Shown here piece by piece: positions 12,291 through 24,010 of a stretch of 64,000 bases of DNA. Origin of the DNA: Octopus sinensis (Eukaryota). Position 1 is the stretch's first letter, and each line of letters starts with the position of its first letter. Under the pieces are notes generated by a model that was given only the letters and a program-made list of their open reading frames with translations, was not told where the DNA came from and did no database searches. A program made the position numbers and the translations under genes. The DNA lies in NCBI RefSeq assembly GCF_006345805.1, contig NC_043019.1:30193360-30257359 (forward strand), given 5' to 3'.

Positions 12291-13072
12291 AACTTTAATG
12301 GATTAATAAATATCAAACAGACCCTGCTTTAGAAGTGTATTAATTTGAATCTATTAAGTACCATTTAGTTTTTTACTTTCCATATTCTTTTATTCTTTTA
12401 TTTGTTTTAGTCATTTGACTGTGGCCATGCTGGAGCACCACCTTTAGTTGAGCAAATCGACCCCAGGATTTATTCTTTGTAAGCCTAGTGCTTATTCTAT
12501 CGGTCACCCTTGCTGAACCGCTAATTAAAGAGCATGTATGCTCGATGGTTGAGGACCCCTGCTATAAAGGATCATAAGCTCTACCTTTCCCCCTGATTAA
12601 GCAACAAAAATAATGTATCCATCAACATATCCAACACCATAAGTTTTACGAATGCTACATTTTTAAACTTTAGATAAGGCATCCTATAGGGAAATCTGTT
12701 TGGCTCTACTGCTGTGTTGCTCTTTGTCAGCCTTGATTAAGAATAACTATGATCAAAAGTGTTCCATTTCTGACCATTCCATTAATTTCTTTTATCCAAT
12801 GGGGCACCGGCACAAGTGAAATCATCAAGTAATTTGCAAGACAAAACCTTCATCAATTGAGGAGTCTTTTCTTGTGAGTTACTTGGTGACCTCACACGTA
12901 AAAGAATGCAGTATGCTCTGTGAGGTGGTTGGCATTAGGAAGAGCATCCAGCTATAGAAACCTTGCCAAAAACAGACATTGGAGCGTGGCACATTCCTCT
13001 AGCTTGCTGGCTTCTGTTAAACCAGGCAACTCATGCCAGCATGGAAAAACAGGTGTTAAATGACAACAGCAA

Positions 13073-13073
13073 C

Positions 13074-13124
<51 letters not shown>

Positions 13125-13557
13125 GGTGGTGGTGGTGGTGGTGGTGGTAGTTGTGGTGGTGGTGGTGATGATGATGGTGGTGGTGGTGGTGGTAGTTGTG
13201 GTGGTGGTGGTGATGATGATGTGGTGGTGGTGGTGGTGATGATGATGATGGTGGTGGTGGTGGTGGTGGTGGTGGTGGTGGTGATGATGATGGTGGTGGT
13301 GGTGGTGGTAGTGGTGGTGATGGTGGTGGTGGTGGTGATGATGATGGTGGTGGTGGTGGTGGTAGTTGTGGTGGTGGTGGTGATGATGATAGTGGTGGTG
13401 GTGGTGGTGATGATGATGAGGGTGGTGGTGGTGGTGTGGTGGTGGTGGTGGTGATGATGATGGTGGTGGTGGTGGTGGTGGTGGTGGTGATGGTGGTGGT
13501 GGTGGTGATGATGATGGTGGTGGTGGTTGTGGTGGTGGTGGTGGTGATGATGATGAT
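13073..13557. repeat. (GAT)n/(GGT)n triplet expansion
   Basis: Directly visible; grows from the (GAT)n tail of a family D retroposon. Confidence 0.97.
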
Positions 13558-14494
13558 ACTTTTTTTTTAAAAAGCAGGATGTGATTTAAGTGAGACTTGG
13601 CTGCCATTTCTTGTTGGGAGCACATATATAGAGTTTCCGTTATTAGCTCAGCTATAGGGGTGGGGGGGAACCACAACAAGATTATGGATTTCTAAATGTA
13701 ATCAGGGTGGAAGACAAATATAAATGGGTATCTGAAGATAAAAAGGTATTATCAATAGAACTGTGTGTGTATGAGTGTGTGTGTGTGTGTGTGTGCATGC
13801 GTGTGTATTTATATATATATATATATGAATACATATATTCATACATATATGTGTATGTGTGTGTGTGCCTCTGTGTGTGTGTGTGTATTTATATATATAT
13901 AAATACATATATTCATACATATATGTGTATGTGTGTGTATGTGTGCATGTATGTGTATGCGTGTGTGTTTGTGTATACATGTCTACATGTATATGTGTAT
14001 AAATACATTTATGTGTGTGAATGCATGTGTGCAGTGCGCATGTGTGTATGTGTGTGTGTACAAAGTATTGGTATTTATTTGTCTATCTCTGTATGTCTAT
14101 GTGCTCATGTCTATCAGAGTATGTGTGCGTGTATGTCTTACAAGTGTGAGAGTCTTACTCAAATCTGTTTCCATTTACTGATAATAAACAGAGCGATGCA
14201 AAGTAAGTTTGGGTTTTAATCAGTGACATAGATAGATTCATAACCCTTACCCCTTTTCCTCCTCCTCCTCCTCCTCCTTTAAAGGTCAACTGAAAAGTTC
14301 AGAGCAGTATATATAACTGTATACACAAGGTCAAAGTCAATACTGAAGATGAGAGGAACAGGACTAGCCTATCCTTTACTTGTGGGCTAATACAGTAGTT
14401 TTCAAAACTAATAAATGCCAGTCCCTGCCTCCCAAAATATTAGTGGAATATCCTCTGCTCCTCATTTTTTAATAGAAACACAAAAGCAGAGTTT

Positions 14495-14690
14495 AGTTAG
14501 TTAGTTAATTTTTTGGCTCAAAAGCAAAAAGCAAGGCCATGTAGGGGGCCATGGAGTTATGTACAGGGTGGTGTTCATGTAAAGAGTTCAGGCCACTTGA
14601 GGTCAAGGGAGACTTTGAACAAAGCGGTCGTCAGCATCTTCACCATCTCGTCTGGCAGCTTGTTCCATGGATCTGCAACCCGGACGGTGA
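14495..14690 (-). mobile_element. CR1/L2-like LINE 3' end
   Basis: TVRVADPWNKLPDEMVKMLTTALFKVSLDLKWPELF followed by a short UTR and (AACT)n tail. Confidence 0.75.
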
Positions 14691-14766
14691 GCGTGTGTGT
14701 ATATATGTGTGTATGTCTGTGTGTGTGTATGTTTGTATATATGTATGTATATATGTATGTATGTAA

Positions 14767-15014
14767 TGGAAATGGAGATGGATCAGACACACACTGCGGA
14801 AAGAACCCTCAAATGTGACATGACAAGCACTTGACTGGAACCCTAAGGGGAAAAGGAATTGTGGACGCCCGAAGCAGACATGGAAGTGGAGCATTTTGGA
14901 CGAGCTCAGGACCACCGGCCTGACATGGGAAGCAGCCAAGAAACACGCCAATGACCGCAAAAAGTGGAAAACAACTGTTGAGGCCCTATGCTTCACAAGG
15001 GGCAAAAAGGATTA
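14767..15014 (+). mobile_element. RTE-clade LINE 3' fragment
   Basis: [36 protein letters not shown]...ANDRKKWKTTVEALCF. Confidence 0.85.
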
Positions 15015-15639
15015 AGAAGATGTATGTATGAATGAATGTCTGTGTGAGTGAGTATGAGAATGTGTGTATGTGTGTGATGTATGTATGTATATGCATATAT
15101 GTCAAAACAAAGACTAGGAGTGTCTCACCCCAGCCATTGACTCTACTGAATTCATCTACCATTTCATAGATTTTGTTCATTTTTTTTTCTTTTTGTCCTG
15201 TAGGGTTTTGCAACATAAACCATTCTCCTTAACAAGCAGGTTTGGTAGAGTTGCTGGTTTAACTGCTGGTAGCCGAACCAAGCAGCAGATTGTATAAGAT
15301 CATACATTACCTGAAGTGACAAGAGTGACCCGATATGTGTCTCTAGTGGGACTTAAAAGTCATATCTGTGTCACTCATGTTTTAGAGAATAATTGAACAA
15401 TGCTTGAAATCAATCAAGTCACTGCCCTCATATATATATACACATATATACACACTTAACTGCAAAAGAAATGTGAGACGTGTGTGACAGTGAAATATGT
15501 TTTAATTTCATTATGTCAGAGATAAATTTTGATAAATCTGATAAAGTAAATATTTAGGATGCACTTTGATCACAATCTATGGGTCATTGACATGTGTTCT
15601 GGTAGTCGGCGGGTCCAACATGTCAAGATTGTAGGGCAT

Positions 15640-15850
15640 GACATGTAACACCAGCACCCACACCAATGCTTTTCATGTGGCACCCACACCTTAGTTTTAG
15701 GATCTCAATTCTGTTGTGGTGGGCAGGTCTTCTCAAGTACAGCAATGTGCCCATTGTCATCTCCTTCATAAGGTCCAGTGTTTTGAGAGTGGCTTTCAAA
15801 ACTGCATCCCATGTCTTCCTGGGTTTCCTTCTTCCACAACCACCTTGATA
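15640..15850 (-). mobile_element. RTE-like LINE 3' fragment
   Basis: GGCGRRKPRKTWDAVLKATLKTLDLMKEMT; related fragments near 42490 and 48560. Confidence 0.6.
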
Positions 15851-16616
15851 ATTGAAATTTTGCACGAGTACATATTTTACCCGGAGAAGGTCAGAGCTAA
15901 ATTTTCACATACTTTCTAATAAAAGTTATTTATTTTGTTTAATTAAAATTGAGTAATTATGGTTATTAGCATAATACTTGATTAAAAAAAGTATATTTCC
16001 CCAGAAAATAAACAAAAGAAATTTTGTAAATGGGTTCAGACAAGGCTTGTGGGGTTAAAAAGCTTGCTTTGCAATCGTGTTGTTTCAGGTTCAATCTCAC
16101 TGCAAACCTTAGGTTAGTGTCTTTTACTATAGCCCTGGGCCAAACAATGCCTTGTGAGTGAATCTGTGTGGAAATCTGTTGCATATATATCTGTGTGTGT
16201 GTGGGCGTGTGTATGTGTGTCTATGTGTTTTCCTCCCCCATTGCCTTTGAAGCATTGTTGGTTTGTTTACGTCTCTGCAACTTCGCAGTTTGGCATAAGC
16301 ATTTTTAAAATTCTTTTATTCGTTTACTTGTTTCAGTCATTTGACTGCAGCCATGCTGGAGCACTACTTGAAGAGTGTTTAGTCGAGTGAATCGATCCCA
16401 GGACTTATTGCTTTTTAAAGCCTGGTACTTATTTTATCGGTCTCATTTTGTCGAACAGCTAAGTTACAACTTTTATTTTTTTTGTGAAGTAGGCTGCATG
16501 AGCCGTGGATCATCATCATGCAGGCCACACTCCTAAAAGAAATCAAGATAATTTTTTTCGTTTAGGCGAGCCATTGAGAAAGTCTCGCGGGATGCTGGTT
16601 GCCATGACTTGGGCTA

Positions 16617-16865
16617 TTGGGTTGGTACATAATTATTGCGGCTTTTTTTCAGCAAATTTTATTCAACAAAAATAATAACATGTAACTTAAAAACATCTTT
16701 AAATGATTATTCCAGAGCATATTCACCATCTACTTCAATTACTACTTCCCATTTGCTTGGCCGGCGGTCAGATCGTCATTTAAAGATGTTCTTGTTAAAT
16801 ATTGTTATTGTTTTTGTTGAATAAAATTTGTTGAAAAAAGCCGCAATAATTACGCACCAACCCAA
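16617..16865. mobile_element. Mariner-derived MITE with about 65 bp TIRs
   Basis: TA|TTGGGTTGGTACATAATTATTGCGGC ... GCCGCAATAATTACGCACCAACCCAA; the interior keeps the transposase end KWEVVIEVDGEY on the minus strand. Confidence 0.85.
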
Positions 16866-17387
16866 GAAAATCTTCAATTTAAATAATGACTAGAAGTATT
16901 TATATTTAAGCCAAGCGTAAGTTATCTCCCCTAACGCAAAGTCTGTAAGTGTTCTCAGGAACATGCTGAATCCATTTTAGATTATGTTAAATAGAGAAAT
17001 ATTTCTAACTTGTCAGTGTTAGAGTAGTGTTCACTTGACAGAGATGGATATTTATTACTGTCGTTGCTAATATTAAAATACTCAGCGAGAGCAGACACTT
17101 TCAGAGCGTATTTCGGTCAACATCGTTCGTCTTTTTAAACTACATTATCCGCTTTTTCCCTGCCTTTCTGAAGACAGAAAGGTGAGATTTGGTGGGATAT
17201 ATTGTTGCTAAATTCTAACTGACCCAGCGAATACGGAGAAGTTTTCCCGCAGACTCGAGGTAAAACTGCCAAGTCTTAGAAGTCTCCGATTTGTAAGAAA
17301 GTTACGTATCTATAATAGTGTGGTAGTTATCTCCCTTTACATCTTATGTTCAAATCATTTAAAAAAAACATCTTTGAAATTGGCATT

Positions 17388-17815
17388 TCGTCGGTTACGA
17401 CGAGGAGGGTTCCAGTTGATCCGATCAACTGAACAGTGCAAGTGGCCGAGCACTCCACAGGCACGCATACCCTTAACGTAGTTCTCGGGGAGATCCGGCG
17501 TGACACCAAATGTGACAAGGCTGGACCTTTGAAATACAAGTACAGCTCATTTTTGCCAGCTAAGTGGGATCTTTTCCTTTTGAACGGCACTTTGTAACGA
17601 GAAAAAAATGTTTTATTTTGATACATTTTACCAGTATACGAAGTTTTAAAGTGTTTAGTTAACTAGGAATTGTGTGCCATTCAAAAGGAAAAGATCCGCT
17701 AAGTGGACTGGAAAAACATAAAATAAAGTGTCTGGTTCAAGGACACGACGTGTCGCCGGGAATCGAACTCATGACTGTAAGGTCGTGAGCCGAATGCCCT
17801 AACCACTAAGCCACT
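17388..17815 (-). mobile_element. SINE (C-related head), split by a MITE
   Basis: Both halves match copies at 1880-2115 and 32755-33015; continuity is restored on removing 17567-17705. Confidence 0.8.
17567..17697. mobile_element. Merlin-like MITE, 8 bp TSD
   Basis: GCTAAGTG|GGATCTTTTCCTTTTGAACGGCAC ... GTGCCATTCAAAAGGAAAAGATCC|GCTAAGTG. Confidence 0.8.
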
Positions 17816-18101
17816 TCTTTCATCTTTGGAGATGTGGGGGAGGGGAGTTAAGATAAAATAAATACCAATTGTTGTTGATTCAGATAGATCTAAGATACAT
17901 TCCAGCAGTGACCTTTCCACTTTTTTTTAAAATTCCAACATAGTGTAATCTTAGACTACACTTTCCAATACGTCTCAGTTTATTTAACCTTTTAGCATTT
18001 AACCCGGTTTTATTCAGCCCAAATATTCTGCCTGTCTTATGTTCAGACCGGCCAGATTTGGCCTTTCACACCAACCTTACAATGTCATTCTAAAAATAAA
18101 G

Positions 18102-18519
18102 GGATCTTTTCGGTTTGAACGGCAGTTTTTTCTAGCGGTGTCATATGAAATTGTTACCCATAATTATGACCCTAGAATCGATCTATTGCATTTCAATCTC
18201 TTTTAGGGTTAGGGTTAGGGGTGGGGGAAGGGTATCTTTTTTTCTTCACAAATGTAAATAAACCTAATCTGTTTTTTAAACGAGGGACATATTCATACGG
18301 CAGAGAATGCTTTTTAACTCAATAGACGTCAGTGATTGGTTGAAATGGCAGACATTGAAGAAAAAAAAACAACAAATATCTTACAAACTATAGAATTTTC
18401 TCAATAAAGCCAAGAGAAAAAGATGTTTTATTAACACATTCTACCAGTATACGAAGTTAAAAATTTTTTAGTTACCTAGAAATTATGTTTAAAAACTGTC
18501 GTTCAAACCGAAAATATCC
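18102..18519. mobile_element. Merlin-like MITE, 8 bp TSD, nested in a piggyBac-like MITE (17988-18631)
   Basis: AAATAAAG|GGATCTTTTCGGTTTGAACGGCAG ... CTGTCGTTCAAACCGAAAATATCC|AAATAAAG. Confidence 0.82.
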
Positions 18520-18862
18520 AAATAAAGTCATATCATCGAAATATCGAAGCGAGGAGATAATGCATAATTAATTCAAAACAATGTGAATAAACAAGCATTA
18601 CATTTATGAGAATAATCTGAATGCTAACAGGACTAAGATGGTCGGGCTTGGGTTTGAAAGAGATTTGGCTATTAATGATTATCGCTGACAAATGTTTATT
18701 GTCCGTAATGCCCGCGCAAGATTTTACGACAAGATTTTACGTCAAGCGCTGCTTGCACAACACCACGACGGTTCTCACTAGCAATACCAAGGAGATCACA
18801 GAAAAGCGAAGTACAAGATGTCCTGCTCAGTAGAAATATATCTATACGCACACGCGCGCGCA

Positions 18863-19082
18863 GGCAGAACCGTTAGCACGCCGGGCGAAATGCGTAGCCG
18901 TATTTCGTCTGCTGTTACGACCTGAGTTCAAATTCTGCCGAGGTCGACTTTGCCTTTCATCCTTTCGGGGTCGATAAATAAAGTACCAGTTTCGCACTGG
19001 GGTCGATGTAATCGACCTAATCCGTTTGTCTGTCCTTGTTTGTCCACTCTGTGTTTAGCCCCTTGTGGGCAGTAAAGAAATA
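18863..19082 (+). mobile_element. SINE family B monomer
   Basis: Matches the first unit of 21410-21640; other copies near 1, 7630(-), 33925, 34105, 35557, 37025(-), 47470(-), 49383, 59310(-). Confidence 0.82.
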
Positions 19083-19922
19083 TATATTGTAGAATTAACT
19101 ATATTGTAGATGGTGGCGACGAAGATGACGGTCGCCGTATTGCTTGCTACTGGCGTCGTCGCTGGAATTGACTGTGTCGTGTGGTCAGTGGCTAGACCTT
19201 AGGAGGCTGGAACCAAAAGGCATCGAAACAAGAAGTTGAGTTTTTATAGCTAACGCTAGACTCAAAATTGGAGTTGAGAACAGACTGTCTCACGGGATCG
19301 TATTTAGGGACTGAGGTTGGTTAGGTTGCATATTGGCACGCGACAGAGCAAGAGACGAATTGGTACTTATTTTATTGACCCCGAAAGGATGAAAGGCCAG
19401 CAGTTTTAGTGAGACGAGGTAGTTGATTATATCAACCTCAGTACTTGACCGTTACTTTATTTTATCATCCCAGAAGGATGAAAGCCATAGTTGACCTTAG
19501 TAGGATTTGAACTGAGAATGTGACATAACTGACTGATATTCAGTCAGTAAGACACTGCCCCGTCTCCATCCTTTGGCTCACAAGCGTTATCTCATCTGTC
19601 TTTTCTTTTGTCTCTATATAGCATTCCGTACATCTTACTTAATGCTGAGAACCACAACGCTGCGGTATTTTTCTAGGGATAGCATCTCGTATAGTCGTAT
19701 AGTGCTAAAAAGCACAGAAATACATCGGTAGCAAACGAAAAACTTCTAGCAGCAGTGTTATAATTGCTAAGTCCCGATTTTTGCGTCTTTGCACGTTACC
19801 AGCAGCAAGTACCCACTAGCAGTGGCATGTTTATATAAATTTAGCCTCTGTTAATTAACAAGTCATTGGCATCGCAACTAGCTGTTGGGCTGTGCAAAAA
19901 TTCGTTGAGTAAAATATACAGA

Positions 19923-20314
19923 GGAGGGGAAGCACTCCGTCGGTTACGACGACGAGGGTTCGGGTTGATCCGAATCAACGGAACAGCCTGCTCGTGAAAT
20001 TAACGTGTAAGTGGCTGAGCACTCCACAGACACGTGCACCCTTAACGTAGTTCTCGGGGATATTCAGCGTGACACAGAGAGTGACATGACCGGCCCCTTG
20101 AAATACAGGTACAAACAGAAACAGGAAGTAAGAGTGAGAGAAAGTTGTGGTGAAAGAGTACAGCAGGGATCACCACCATCCCCTGCCGGAGCCTCGTGGA
20201 GCTTTTTAGGTGTTTTCGCTCAGTAAACACTCACAACGCCCGGTCTGGGAATCGAAACCGCGATCCTACGACCGCGAGTCCGCTGCCCTAACCACTGGGC
20301 CATTGCGCCTCCAC
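19923..20314 (-). mobile_element. SINE family C, young copy with a different tail, 12 bp TSD
   Basis: AAAATATACAGA at 19911-19922 and 20315-20326; CpG-rich. Confidence 0.9.
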
Positions 20315-20652
20315 AAAATATACAGAATACTGTTTTGAAAAAAATACTAGTGAACTGATACTGTTTCCGTCGAAAATAGCGAATTTATAATGGTTTCTAT
20401 GTCTTAGAGTTGACTGGTCTCGTACCTTCTCCATTCAGGTATGGCATACCCACTCGTCTTTCCACTTTTGGTTATCTTGTTCTGTCCAACATCCCATCCC
20501 CGAAACAATTACCATGCCCAGTTCTTTGACCTTAGATTTCAATCCTTAGGTATCATCTCCTTGCTCATGATTTTCCTGAAGATGTTTCTTTTTCTTGGTA
20601 ATCTTTCGAGTCCAAGAAAGACGATTCTGAAATTTCTTGTTGAACAATCTGC

Positions 20653-20801
20653 ACAGGTGCGGGAGAGACTGTGTGGTAAGTACATGGTTCCGGGTTCATT
20701 CCCACTGCGTGGCACCTTGGGCAAGTCTCTTCTACTACAGCCTCGGGCCGACCAAAGCCTTGTGAGTGGATTTGGTAGACAGAAACTGAAAGAAGCCTGT
20801 C

Positions 20802-20861
<60 letters not shown>

Positions 20862-21109
20862 CCGTCGTATATATGTATATATATATATATGTGTATGTGT
20901 GTGTTTATGTTTGTGTGTCTGTTTTGTCCCCCCAACATTGCTTAACAACCGATGGTGGGGTGTTTATGTCCCCACAACTTAGCGGTTCGGCTAAAGAGAC
21001 CGATAGAATAAGTACTGGGCTTCCAAAGAATAAGTCTTGGGGTCGATTTGCTCGACTAAAAGGCGTTGCTCCAGCATGGTCGCAGTCAAATGACTGAAAC
21101 AAGTAAAAG
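20653..21109 (+). mobile_element. SINE family A with expanded (TA)n
   Basis: Same head, core and tail as other copies; CpGs retained. Confidence 0.85.
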
Positions 21110-21409
21110 GGTAACAGAGAGAGATGATTTGTTTATTGTACTCAAATGCTTTGTACCGTATATGAGCCCACTCCCTCCATCAGATCGACATTGCCTGTAC
21201 TAGTGCATGGTGTCCGTCACATCAGATGTAGAAGTGATCGTAGAGCGACGTGAAATGAAGATTTTTGGACATACCTACACAAGTGTCTCCTCCCGCCACC
21301 AACTTTGTTTCTTTATATCTTCCAGAAAAATGGATATTTTTAGATTAAATTTTCTACAAATACGCTTCAGGTGGTGCAGATTCTGATTATATCGAAATTT
21401 GTTGCGGAA

Positions 21410-21827
21410 GGCGACGAGCTGGCAGAAACGTTAGCACGCCGGGCGAAATGCCTTGCAGTATTTCGTCTGCCGCTACGTTGTGAGTTCAAATTCCGCCGAG
21501 GTCGACTTTGTCTTTCATCCTTTCGAGATCGATTAAATAAGTACCAGTTACGCACTGGGGTCGATGTAATCGGCTTAATCCGTTTGTCTGTCCTTGTTTG
21601 TCCTCTCTGTATTTAGCCTCTTGTGGGCAGTAAAGAAATAGGTATTTCGTCTGCCGTTACGTTCTGAGTTCAAATTCCGCCGAGGTCGACTTTGCCTTTC
21701 ATCCTTTCGGGGTCGATAAATTAAATACCAGTTACGCACTGGGGTCGATGTAATCGACTTAATCCCTTAGTCTGTCCTTGTTTGTCCCCTCTGTGTTTAG
21801 CCCCTTGTGAGTAATAAAGAAATATAC
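21410..21827 (+). mobile_element. SINE family B, dimeric form, 19 bp TSD
   Basis: ATCGAAATTTGTTGCGGAA at 21391-21409 and 21828-21846. Confidence 0.9.
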
Positions 21828-22374
21828 ATCGAAATTTGTTGCGGAAAAATAAATTCTGTTGGCGGGGAGAGGAGTTTTTGAAAATTCTCACGAATCGGCT
21901 TTGTTTTCCTATAACATTAAGAAAGCTGGATACTCCTTTTTATGAAATTTCTCACAAATGCCTTTCAGTGTCTGTTGATTATGACTTTATTGGAATTTAA
22001 TATGAAAAAAGAAGCAAACAAAGTACATGGTGAACATGCACGCATACTTACTACTTGTACACAACACAATATTTTTCGAAATTTCAAGTTTCATTTTGTA
22101 GATATGTGATGTGTGTCAGTATGAATGTGTGCGAGTCAGCCATTTTTTTCCCTTTCATTTGTTAAATTTCGATATAATCGTAACCTATAGATTCTTGCAG
22201 GTATTTATTGAAAATTTCATGAAAAATTAAGTTGAGGAAACAAAGCTGACTTATGTGAATTTTCAGAAACGTGTCTCCTATTCACAGAATTTTTTTGTTC
22301 CACAAATTCCAATATAATCTAAATCTTGTGTATGTATGTCAATTTTTGTTCTAAAACAACAACGCCCCGCCCGG

Positions 22375-22927
22375 TCGCGAAATCTTTTCCCACGACAGTT
22401 CCGGGCCCCAGTTATGACCTCATTTGCATACACCCAATCAGAGCTCAACCATCAAACTAATGTATGAGTGCATAACATGTGATGGGCAATAAGATAAGGT
22501 CACTTGGGTAAGGAATGACCATGCTTCTTTTTACTTCTAATAATGCTTGTTGTTCTTGTTCTTGTTTCAACCATGGCTGCCTCTGCGTAGTTATTTGTAT
22601 TGTTGTTTACTTTGTAAAACAGTAAGGGGAAAGGGTTGCTAGCACATCACCCTCTACACACATTTTCCCCATCCACATCTTTACCAATATGGGGTCCTAA
22701 CAAAATCCGATAATAGGTATAGATGCAAATCTATCTAATCACTATTGTCCTTCTAAAATCAGGCATAGCTTGGCGATCGGTCGACTAACAACACCGTTCT
22801 TCTTCTTGAGTTTACTTGGTAGAATGCGTTTGTCAACTTCACGACAAAATCAAGATGAGCTCTGATTGGCTGTATGCAAATGAGTTCATTACTGGGGTCC
22901 GGAATTCTCGTGGGAAAAAAATTTCGC
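22375..22927. mobile_element. MITE with about 70 bp TIRs (MULE-like)
   Basis: Arms 22376-22449 and 22853-22927 are inverted; flanked by CGCCCCGCCCGG and CGCCCCGTCTGG direct repeats. Confidence 0.65.
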
Positions 22928-23711
22928 CGCCCCGTCTGGCAACCGAAACCACGATCTTGCTATCATGATTAAATGGATGTCTAAATGGATTATAAATGGC
23001 ATCAAATCCACCGATTTCCGAGGACTTGCAAAGGTCATGGGTATTACTGCTTCTTCCGTACTCATTAACTAAAATAAAAGGTCAAACAATTTCGGCCGTA
23101 CAATCCCCCATCTGACGACCCGCTATCTCCCATATTCAGTACTTGCTTAAACGGTTGGAAGTCGAAAATTTTCCTGAATGTAATGTTTGGAACAAATTCT
23201 GTTGTTTGAAGCTATGCCGTTGATTTTTCCTTTATTAATTTTAATTTTCTTTACGAATTAAAATAAAAAAACAGACCGTGTTTATAAACACAGACGGTGA
23301 ATCGTGAGAATCTGTAGACCATCGAATAAAGTTCCGTGTTTCTTTTACTCTTTTATAAAGTCTGATGAATTCCAATCCCGCTGAGGTCAATTTTGACTTT
23401 CCTCCTTTTAAAATCGATGAAATAAATTAATACTCAGGTGCTGGATAGAGTTATAAGGTATCCTAGATGTGATTGGATCTATAATTGTCGAAGTTTATTA
23501 ATTTTAAGTGGACGACGTGTATAACTGACGGATGTTGCCGAAAATCAGTTCGGTAGTTTCCGTCGAAGAAAAACAGAGAAAGCTTATTAGATCAGACGAT
23601 AGATGATGATATATAAAGAGATAGGAAAGAGTGGGAGGGAATGATTAGACAAGAGGGATGATAGAGGGAGAGAGAGAAAGAGTGGGAGGGAATGATTAGA
23701 CGAGAGGGATG

Positions 23712-23754
<43 letters not shown>

Positions 23755-23877
23755 TAAAAGCAGAGAGCAAGAGGCAGAAAGTCAAGACAGATAGAGACAT
23801 AGGGAGAGAGAGAGAGGAAGTGAGATCACGTAAAAAGTGTAATAAGTTTTCAAACAGAGCATCGACCCTGCGTGGAA

Positions 23878-24010
23878 ATGACTCTACCGTTTGGCCCGTT
23901 GGGCTTACGATGTCTGTCTCGCTCTGTTCTGTGTGGACGGAATGTTAAAACTGTTTTCTTACAACAAACCACATCTGCTGGACGATATGTGCACAACATT
24001 GCTAAGAAAG
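23878..24010 (+). CDS. Enoyl-CoA hydratase-like gene, coding exon 1 (probable mitochondrial transit peptide)
   Basis: ATG at 23878 opens MTLPFGPLGLRCLSRSVLCGRNVKTVFLQQTTSAGRYVHNIAKK (Arg/Ser/Leu/Thr-rich, no acidic residue). It ends AAG|GTTGGA in phase 1, matching exon 2 (G+AT=Asp). The donor is weak, and the exon is identified by frame and composition rather than homology. Confidence 0.72.

Noticed and set aside
12963-13679. Poly-D/G/V and poly-P/H/T ORFs
   Set aside because: They derive from the (GAT)/(GGT) expansion of a retroposon tail.
18202-18220. Telomere or chromosome fusion site
   Set aside because: Only three TTAGGG units, inside a MITE with TIRs and a TSD.
20240-20314. Functional tRNA gene (and other tRNA-like heads)
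   Set aside because: A and B boxes are present but continue into SINE bodies bounded by TSDs; these are SINE heads.
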